Shown here: piece after piece, positions 53,898-64,000 of the stretch
Numbering within the stretch: position 1 is the first letter of the stretch
Layout of the letters: the number at the start of each line of letters is the position of its first letter
Source of the DNA: the human T2T-CHM13v2.0 reference genome, Homo sapiens
DNA: 64,000 bases
Reading direction: 5' to 3' (one strand)
NCBI RefSeq assembly: GCF_009914755.1
Contig: NC_060927.1
The notes under the pieces: model-generated
The model's database searches: none
What the model was told of the DNA's origin: nothing
The model's input: the letters and a program-made list of their open reading frames with translations, nothing else
Position numbers and translations under genes: made by a program

Positions 53898-54089
53898 GCA
53901 TACCTGTTTACCCATTCAACATCCATTATGGGAATGAGCTAAAAGATGTCAAATATCCTTGCAGGTGGAAATTCTGTGGTTTTGCATTTGATACTTGGCT
54001 TAGTGTAGATGGAGTTAGGGTGGTAGATGAGCTAAGAATAACTTCTCAGTTTTGAAACTTGGACTCAGAAAGTTTCATTGAAGCAGAGT

Positions 54090-54418
54090 TGTCTTTGTTT
54101 TGTGCTGGTATAACAATTAATAGTGGAGACTGAGTAATTTATAAAGCACAGACATTTCTCGCAGTTCTGAAGGCTGGGAAGTTCAAGACCAAGATGATTG
54201 CATTTGCTGAAGACCTCCTTTTATTTGTGTCCTTACCTGGAAGAAGGCTGAAGGGCAAGAGAGAGTGGATCCACTCCTGCAAGCCCTTTTTCTAGCAGCA
54301 TTAATCCATTCATGTGGGTAGAACCCTCATGACCTAAACACATCCCCAAAGCCTTCACTTCCCAACACAGTTGCACTGGGGGTTAAGTTTCCACCACATG
54401 AATTTTCAGACCATAGCA
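54090..54418 (-). mobile_element. MLT1A/MST-type MaLR LTR
   Basis: gagactgagtaatttataaag...cagttctgaaggctgggaagttcaagacc...gttgcactgggggttaagtttcc...cagaccatagca. Confidence 0.85.
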
Positions 54419-54879
54419 ACAGTCACCCATTTACTCATGTAGTCTCTAAGGCTGCTTTCACACTACCAAGGTAGAGCTGAGTAGTTGTGAGAGAGTTCCT
54501 ACGGTCTGCAAAGCCTGAAATGTTTCCTGCTTGGAAATGACACATATCACTTTAGCTTACATTTCATTGGCCAAAGCAAGTCATATAGGCAATTCTGGGC
54601 TCAACAGGATGGGGATGTTAGATACTCCCACGAGGGCAGGAAGTAGATAAATGTGAACAATATTGCATTCTTCCTCTAAGGGATAACAGAGTCAAGAGAT
54701 TTTGTTGTTTAATAGGGAGTGGCTTTAGCATGTTTGGGGGCAGAGGGAAGAAACCTATGCAGACAGAAGAGTAGGAAGTGCTTTCTGAATGATAAATGTT
54801 CCTTGCTATTACTCCTGATGGGGCAGGTTTTCAAGTGGGTAATGTGAGGTTCTGGGTCTTTGGGTTAGACCTGAGAGCC

Positions 54880-55045
54880 TGTGCTAAAGTTAATAACCTA
54901 GCGCATAGGAATCACCTGAGAGACTGTTCAAATGCAGATTCTGATCAGTAGGTCAAGGATGAGGCCTGAAATTCTGCATTTTTAACAAGCTTGCAGAGGA
55001 TGCTGATGCTGCCAGTCTGTGGGCCATACTTTGAGGAGCAAGGAA
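54880..55045 (-). mobile_element. MER5A/B
   Basis: gaatcacctgag...aaatgcagattctgatcagtagg...ttctgcatttttaacaagc...gatgctgatgctgcc...catactttgag. Confidence 0.85.
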
Positions 55046-55310
55046 CTACATCAGCAGATATGCTAAAACAAAACAGGGAAGCAAGTACTCATTAGCAAAC
55101 CTCCTGTGTCAAACAGGTCAAATAATGAATCCTAAGGGAATGAAGTTATCCTTTCTGAAATGTTGATCATTTCAAGCCAGTGTTTAGATTATCTCCAAGG
55201 CAGGGAAGAATTAGCTTAGAGAAAGCAGAATGGCCATTTAAATGACAAAGGGTAGATCAGATGAAGACATATTGGAGACAGGAGAGGGCATGGGTAGGTC
55301 AAGAGGTTGT

Positions 55311-55606
55311 GGCCAGGCCTGGTTTGGTGGCTCATGCCTGTAATCCCAGCACTTTGAGAGGGGGAGAATTGCTTGAGCTCAGGAGTTTGAGACCAGGCTG
55401 GGCAGCATGATGAGACCCTGCCTCTACAAAATATAAAAAGTTAGCTGGGCATGGTGGTGTGCACCTGTAGTCTCAGCTACCAGGGAGGCTGTAGTGGGAG
55501 AATGGCTTGATTCTGGGGAAGTCAAGGCTGCAGTGAGCTGTGATTATACCACTGCACTCCAGCCTAGGTGACAGAGTGAGACTTTGTCTCAAAAAAAAAA
55601 AAAAAA
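55311..55606 (+). mobile_element. AluJ
   Basis: attgcttgagctcaggagtttgagacc...gtcaaggctgcagtgagctgtgatt...A16. Confidence 0.93.
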
Positions 55607-56399
55607 GGAAATTGTGGCCCGATTAGGTGATAAGTTAAAGATTTTCAGCTGATGCGGTTCCGTCCAGTGACTTTGGCTGCCATTCTGCCAACAGCCTATC
55701 CCTAATGCAATACATGCTAGATGAAACATCAATACTCTTCAATCACAGGCGGGACTCCAGAAACTGGCAATAAATGTTTTTTAAGCACTCAAACATGAAT
55801 AGCAGTTGTCAGAATTTACATCTTTTGATGGTAGAAAATGATTTAGTAGAGTTAATAAAAACCATTCAGCATTTTCATTGCTATGAAGTTTGTTTCATTT
55901 GAGCTTTGATTGTCATAAATATCTTGCTGGTTAAATCCTGAGTCAAAACTACAGCTTTGGGATTTGACATGTTAAGAGAAAATTTTGAGATGAAATTGTT
56001 CATTAGAATTTCAGTATAGTTTCTTCAAAGGAAAATCTATAATCATCAGAAAGAACTGAATTTATTGTTTATTCCTCTTTTTAATGACATTAGTAGAAAT
56101 ATCTTGGCCATGAGTAGTAAGCGGAAGCCCATGCTTGTATTTCAAATATGTCTTGACTTTTGCATAAATAACTCTTGCATTTACGTTTTGTGGCATTGAA
56201 TTCAGATTTTCCAACCTGCTTGCTGGAATTCCATGGGGAAATTTTAAGTTTTCTGAACCTAATTTTTTTGTTTATAAACTATAGATGATATCTCATTTTG
56301 TTAGTGATGGGTTAACAGTAATATATTTAAAAGACATTACATACAGCAGGCCTCCAATAAATGTTGGATGTATTTTTATATTTGCGGGACGAATCTGAA

Positions 56400-57180
56400 A
56401 GCACCATTTCGCACATTTCAACATTAAGAGTGAACCATATGTGGCTAAGTAAAAAAGATAGACAATAACAAATATTTGAGAGACTGTGGCTCCACACCGA
56501 ACCCACCTAACAAATCAGAAACTCTGGAGGTCCAGTGATTGTGGAGTCACTGGAACCCTCATGCACTGCTGGTGGGATTACAAAATGATACAGCCACTTT
56601 GGAAAACAGTTTGGCATTTAAAAAAAGTTAAACATAGATTGACTTTATGACCCAGGATTTCTATTTCTAGGAATCTACCCAAGGAAAATGAAAATATGTC
56701 CACATAAAGGCTTGTACATAAATATTTATGGTAGCATTATTCATAATAGCCCAACAAAAAAAAATAAATGTCCACCGAATGGTGAATAAACAAATTGTGA
56801 TATATCTATACAATTAATTGTTTGGCAACAAAAATGAATGAAGTACTGATATGTGCTGCAACATAGATGATCCTTAAAAACCATCTTCCTAACTGAAAGG
56901 ATCCAGACATAAATGACAACAAATAGTGTGATTCCATTTATATGGAATTCTCAAAAAAGGCAAATCTACAGATAGAGAAAGTAAATTAGTGTTTGAGGCT
57001 GGTGGTGGGTAACTACAAATTGGCCCAGGGTTATTTTTTGGGGGGTTGTGGTGATGATGGAAATGTTCTAAAATTTGTGGTGACAGCTGCAGAACTCTAA
57101 ATTTACTAAAAACCTTTGAACTGTACATTTTATGCTGGTGAATTGTATGGTATATAAACTATATCTCAATAATGCTGCTT
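56400..57180 (+). mobile_element. L1MB-type 3' region
   Basis: gacaataacaa...ggaaccctcatgcactgctggtggg...cagccactttggaaaacagtttggca...gtgattccatttatatg...ggcaaatctacaga...atatctcaataa. Confidence 0.85.
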
Positions 57181-57195
57181 TTAAAATAACGAACT

Positions 57196-57515
<320 letters not shown>

Positions 57516-58639
57516 TTATAGATTTTGATTATTTCTATGTCAATTCTCACTGTTGTAAAATAAAGACAACTAGTGAAATACTTTTTACGGCTATCTAAAA
57601 TGTGTTGGGTTCTTTGAGCCATCGTGAATGCTTCAGCTTTTTCAGTTCAGTAGAGAAGACTCTGGTTTTCAGAACAGCAAGCTTTACCCTGAAACTAATA
57701 GCCTGCAGGCACCAGCAGAGGATACTAACATCTGAACACAATAGAAAGTCCAGTCAAATGTTAAATGCAAATCAATAACACTGGCTGATGATTCCACATG
57801 AGTAAAAAGAGATTTGTAAGATGGAGTGTCTTCACTTTAGCCATTAAACTTCTCATTCACCCGTTCTTCATTAAATGCCTGTCTTAAACAGGGCCATTGA
57901 ATCTAAGATATCAGACATGTTTGAATTATGGAGATCAACTGCTTCATTGTTGGCTTTGGGCACAGGATAAAAGGAATTGAATTTAATATTCCCCCAGAAA
58001 ATGATGTAAGGAGAGGTAATTGGCAGCACCTGGAAGATACCATCTTAAAGTGGACAGCTGCCAGAGATGTGGTTATGGAAGTGCAAGTACATTCAAGACC
58101 CACCGATTCCCAATTATGTTACAATGCTAGAGACCTCACTCAAGGATCAGATTGAAGAACTAAGTGTGTGTGTGTGAATAAATTCTCTGGCCTTTTTGAA
58201 AATGGGAATTGTGTGACAGCTGGTTGTAGGGTCGTGTAGTTTCATCGTAAATAGAGAATGCAGAGACTTGCATTTGACAGTTTGTTTCTTTTGTACAGAG
58301 CTTACTGTGGGGATGTAATTTGAGCATCCCCTCAGGCAGATTGTTAGGCCTGCCAGGGCAAACATGCAAACTCTCCTTCGACTTCTTTGGTTGGTAGTAA
58401 ATGAGCTGAGGGGTCAACAGGACTAGAAGGCATCTGAAATTTGCTGCTCAAACAACTCATGTTTCTCAATGTGTAATCCAAGAATCCTTGGTGTCAGAAT
58501 CATCATGTGAGTGCATGGTGTAGTGGTGCTGTTATTAACAATTAGAAACTTGAGTGACTATACTGTACCACATTCTATTGCTGGGGAAAGGAGTAAAGAG
58601 ACCATGATTCCTGCTTTGTGGAGCTTTCCTTCTGCAATT

Positions 58640-58830
58640 GTTTTCCAAGTGTTGGCCCTGGACCAATAGCATTTCCTTCACCTGGGTACTTAGTAGTAAT
58701 GTAAATTTTCAGGCTCCACACTGAACCCATCTAACAAATCAGAAACTCTGGAGGTGCAATCTAATGATACGACTTTTAATAAGCCCTCCTCTTCTTGATG
58801 CATAGTAGCATTTAAGAAGCATTCATCTAG
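58640..58830 (+). mobile_element. MER5A
   Basis: ccaagtgttggccctggaccaatagc...cacctggg...aatcagaaactctggaggtg...ttttaataagccctcc. Confidence 0.8.
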
Positions 58831-58832
58831 GA

Positions 58833-59011
58833 CAGGGTTACTCAACTTCCTCACTACTGTCCTACGTATTGTAGGATATTTAGTAGCATTCCTGGCCCCT
58901 ATTCTCAAGATGCCAGGTGGCTCCCCCACCCCAGCTGTACCAATAAAAAATGTCTCCAAATATTATGAAATGTTCCCTGGGGGCAAAATCATCCCTAGAT
59001 GAGAACTAGTG
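58833..59011 (-). mobile_element. MER20
   Basis: tgtaggatatttagtagcattcctggcc...gatgccag...aaaaatgtctcca...aatgttccctgggggcaaaatc...gagaactagtg. Confidence 0.85.
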
Positions 59012-59019
59012 CCTTATGG

Positions 59020-59160
59020 CAAGGCTGCTCAAAACGATCTGCTGACTGGCACCACTAGCACGACCTCAATCAAATCTCTGGGGCTGGAAAGGAGGAATCT
59101 GTGTTTTCAAAAGCACTTCTGGTAATTCTGATGCTGCTAAGGTTTGAGAATTACCATCCT
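59020..59160 (+). mobile_element. MER5A fragment
   Basis: aatcaaatctctggggctgg...aatctgtgttttcaaaagcacttctggtaattctgatgc...aggtttgagaa. Confidence 0.75.
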
Positions 59161-59299
59161 AGCAGAGACAGGCAAGAAACCTTTAGATGTGTACATATAA
59201 GTAAATCACTCCAAGTGATGAGTATGCTACACGTCAGATTTGTAAGACGGAGTGTTTTCACTTTGTCCATTAAATTTCACATTTCAGAAGGACTGGGAA

Positions 59300-59560
59300 G
59301 ATAGGAAAGAAGGTCAGGGTGCTCTGTGGGAAGGCTGTTAATTTTAAATAATGTGGTCATAGAAGGTCTCACTGAGAAGGTGATCTGAGACAGAAGAAAG
59401 TGAAGCAGTAAGTCAGATAAGAGGAAGAATACTTTGGACATAGAAAAGGAAAAACAGCAAAGGTCCTGGGGCAAGTGTATGTCTGGTGGGTTCAGAGGGC
59501 AGTGAGTAGGCCACAGCAATACAATAGAAAGGCATGGCAGGAAAATAGTTGGAAAAGAAA
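59300..59560 (-). mobile_element. L2 fragment
   Basis: attttaaataatgtggtcatagaaggtctcactgagaaggtgat...aacagcaaaggtcctgggg. Confidence 0.75.
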
Positions 59561-59910
59561 TGAAAAATAATGAATTAACTTACCTCGTTGCAGACTTGAC
59601 TTCTGTATGTACTGGCTATGTGTCTTTTAGTATATGCTGTGATCTTTTTGGACCTCAGCTTTCCTTTGTATACCTGTTCCCTGTAGGCCTTCTCTGAGAA
59701 ATAAACATGATCAAAGGATAAACTTTTGAGAGGGAATATAGTACATATTTAAATTCTAAACTTCCAGCACTTAGCACATTACATTGATCATAAGACATAA
59801 TCAATACATGTTATATGGATTGTTTAAAAAAATTTGAACAGAAAAATCACGACCTACCACAGCAGATTTTCGGTCTCAGCCTTCCAGATGGAAACTGGAA
59901 ATCTGCATTT

Positions 59911-60211
<301 letters not shown>

Positions 60212-61550
60212 TGAAATCTGCATTTACAAGTTTTCCTAGGTGACTCTTGAATATATACAATATTTTGAGTATCTTCATTCTTCTCATATAAATGTACCAT
60301 GATCCCTTTAAAATTATTTGAAATGCCCTAGCAGTGGAATTTTGCAGGGATAAAAATTCATCCATGAGGCTCTAAGACCTTCCCCCAAATGAGCCAGGTT
60401 TTAGACCTACCATGGCATGCTTGGGGATTATAGTGAGGGTTTTGTCACTTTGTGGCGAGGCTTCCTGGATTGAATATTCAGGGGACTCCTCAGAGGAAGC
60501 CAATCAATAGTATTAAGGACTAGAAACATGTCCTGACCCACTGCATGATAAAAGTAACTCTGAGGTAGATATGGTATTATGTCCACCATGGTTATGTTGA
60601 AATTAAAGTTATCCAAGGCAAAAGATTCCTTATACTGTACCTGACTATCTATCTAAGTTTTCTTTTGCTTTGCACTCAACACCTCTCTCCTGATTCGTTG
60701 ACTTATGTCGTTATGCTTTGGTAACTAAATAACCTTGAACTTCTGTAGCTTCTACCCTCCTAAATGTTCGGTGTTTGGGGCCATTTTCAGTCCTTAAAAA
60801 TAAACCATTCCTCAACATGTTACTCTCTGGTTATTTTGCTCAACCTTATTTGCCTTGGGGAACCAAAAAGATTAAATCTTACCAGGTCTTGAAGTTACAA
60901 TAATTTGAACTGCTAGATTTTTCTGCCTTAATTTCCCCTCTGTGAGTTCAAGAGGTCAGACATAGTCTGAGGCAATACTTAAGGAGTCTGTATCTCGAAA
61001 AAGCAATTGGATTAAGTTGCTTGAATCTGTCTCCTCTTTTCACATTGAAATGATGGGGGCAGGGGGATGGAGGAGTGTCAAGATGAGCTTTCAATTGATT
61101 TATTTGGTAGAGAAAATGCACCAAAGCTGAAGAGAAAATGCCTTCTCATTATTGAGTTGCTAAGCTGCACCTGATAGTTCACGTTGTGGTCCATGACTGG
61201 AGCTGGAAGCACCAAAAGTTTTTATTCATTTAATTCACTAATAAATTAATTACACTCATCAGTAAGATTCATACACAAGCAATCTAAAGAAGTTAAAAAA
61301 AATCAAGGATGTTGCCATTTATACTGAACTGGACTATCATTCTTTTTAAAATTTCTCCTTACAGTCCCTTGCAACATTTATACTTCACACCTCTCATTCC
61401 TCAGATGGGAGAACTGAGAGTCCTAACGGTTCTGGAGTCTGTTCCAAAGTTTTTAAGTATTTCTGTCTTCCAAGATTAGGTGCAACACGCTCACTAAACT
61501 TTTCCTCCACTGCTCGTTCACCCAGAAACATTTTGAATTAAAGATGTTTC

Positions 61551-61762
61551 TAGGGTCGTCAGATAAAATTCAGAATGCCTAGCTAAATTTGAATTTTTGA
61601 TACACAACAAATATATTTTTTAGCATAATTATGTCCCCAATACAAATATGTCTCAAATATTACATGGTAGATACACGTATACTAAAGATGTATTTGCTCT
61701 TTACCTGAAATTCAAATTCAACTCAGCATCCCGTATTTTTACTTGTAAATTCTGCCAACACT
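61551..61762. mobile_element. MER53 palindromic hAT MITE
   Basis: tagggtcgtcagataaaattcagaatgcctagctaaatttgaattt ... gaaattcaaattcaactcagcatcccgtattttt...ctgccaacacta; long self-complementary arms. Confidence 0.85.
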
Positions 61763-61796
61763 AGTTACTCCTCTTTAACTAATGCTGTTTTGACTT

Positions 61797-62090
61797 CAGT
61801 GCAGTAGCTCACACCAGTAATCCCACCACTTTGGGAGACCAAGGCGGGTGGATCATTGAGCGTAGGAGTTCAAGACCAGGCTGGGGAACATAGTGAGACC
61901 CCTGTCTCTACAAAAAAAACAAAACAAAACAAAAAATAGCTTGAAGTGGTGGCATGTGCCTGTGGTTCCAGCTACTTGGGAGGCTGAGATGGAAGGATAG
62001 CCTGAACCCAGGAGTTTGAAGTCACAGTGAGCTGTTATTATGCCACTGCACTCCAGCTTGAGCAACAGAGCAGCAAGTTCCTGTCTCCCC
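61797..62090 (+). mobile_element. AluJ
   Basis: gcagtagctcacaccagtaatccc...ggatcattgagcgtaggagttc...acatagtgagacccc...gccactgcactccagc. Confidence 0.9.
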
Positions 62091-62832
62091 GCCCCTCAAC
62101 CAAAAAGGAATATTTTGTTGTAATGGTTAAACTTTAATCAAAGAGGATCTCTGAGGCAAGTTATTTAGCTTCCCTAGCAGGAGGAAATTAAGAAAACTAA
62201 ATTATATTCTTTGAATAAAAGACAATTTAGAACCTAAGACTTTGCTTTCTTAAAAAATGTTAGGATTAGAAACTATTGTCATATTTCCCTAAAATTGCTG
62301 ACGTAGTAATTGGAGGTGTCTCTCAGTAGACCCTAGAACTTATTTTATTATGTAAAAAGTGATGAAACCAAGAAGATTACAACATGTTTTTTTTTTCTTC
62401 TTATAAATCTTCACAGGCCTGAATTATAGCAGAACTTTTATCCAATCTACTTTTAATTTGCTATTGGGTCAAAGGTCCATGCTAGTGGGATGGGCACTAT
62501 AATTAACGATTGCCACCTGTGTGAATTCTTTTGCATTTAAAGCACGTAAGCCCACCCCTGAGCCCAGTTAATATGAAGCACTGAACCAAGATGGCTGTAC
62601 CCTATCGTGTGATTCCCTCCTTGTGAACGGGTACAGCTTCAGTGAAGAAGTTTCAGTTTGGCTTAAGATTTAGCAAAAGAACTTGGTAGTCTCCTCATTT
62701 CAAGACGGTTAACTATGTCACGTCATGGAAAGGAGGTATTGTGAAGAAGCAGGCAAAGATTTTGAATAATCTAATTTCTTTTTCTGCATTGTGATGTTTA
62801 AGACTGCTAAATGAAAACCATTGTTTTTGCAG

Positions 62833-63276
<444 letters not shown>

Positions 63277-63869
63277 TTAGCCCTACCTGGTTTTTAGAAT
63301 GCTTACTCCAGTTAATCAGTTCAACTCAAGGCAGCAGTTTCTTGCCAGGAAGAGCGGAGAGAAAAGAATTGAGCTGATGTCTTTCTCTATATTGCAATAT
63401 CTCTTGAAACAAGGTGGTTCTGGGAGCTTGAGGGTTTTGCTTTTCTTTGAGGTTGGGGAGAGAGTTGTGACTGAGAAAGTGGGAATGGATTCAGGGGGTG
63501 GAACTTCGTTTTACAGCCATGTGATGAAATGTGAAGTAAGTTTTTAGTACAACTCTCATGTAGGTGTAACAAATAGTTAAGCATTAGAATGCCTTCAGGT
63601 GCCACGTTATTGTACTCACCTGGAAGTTAAACAGACTCTTCTAAAGCAGCTCTCTTGCTTTAGAAGGTTTTGGTCTCAAACCTCCGTATTCTGGTGTTTC
63701 TAAATGTGGTAATCTTTCTGGTTTAGTATGTTTCACAAAATCCCAGACTCAACCAATATAATCAGTATGCTTTGCTTAGTCATTAAGGTTTTCCAGGGTA
63801 AAATATGCAAAGATATTAAAATCTGAATTGTAAGTTTTATATACTTTGGGGACTTGGAAGTTTATATCA

Positions 63870-64000
63870 TACGTCTGCAAACATTTTCTGTAAAGGACTA
63901 GACAGTAAATATTTTAGGCTTTTTGTGGGCCATATGGTCTGTCACATGACTCAATTCTGCCATTGTAGCAATAAAGCAGCCCTGGATAAGATGCAAAGGA
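63870..64000. mobile_element. MER58A-like hAT MITE (runs off window)
   Basis: gcaaacattttctgtaaagg...agtaaatattttaggctttt...actcaattctgccattgtagc. Confidence 0.8.

Overview
Primate, very probably human, genomic DNA: it carries AluJ/S/Y, L1M, L2, MIR, MaLR/ERV LTRs and hAT/Tigger DNA-transposon fossils. I can support no protein-coding exon. The long ORFs in the track come from GC-rich CpG-island sequence, simple repeats, Alu or decayed L1. The main functional landmark is a ~1.8 kb CpG-island promoter (~33150-34960). It has tandem GC boxes, a + strand first exon ending at AAG|GTAAAG (33516) and a probable alternative first exon ending at GGG|GTGAGT (34669). The rest of the window looks like long intron with small candidate non-coding (5'UTR-like) exons; the best is 62833-62911. 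I could not identify the gene. The first ~33 kb is repeat-rich upstream sequence. The most unusual signal is a set of short, non-tandem local copies of unique sequence. The strongest is a 99-bp, 96/99-identical inverted repeat (15130-15228 / 16353-16451) flanking 1124 bp, with one arm apparently inserted into an old MLT1 LTR. Four direct 'doublets' of 21-95 bp also occur. These look like templated-insertion repair scars, and the inverted pair is a candidate substrate for a recurrent inversion. I found no evidence for a new multi-gene system. Repeat subfamily names come from recalled consensus sequences, and boundaries of old repeats are approximate.
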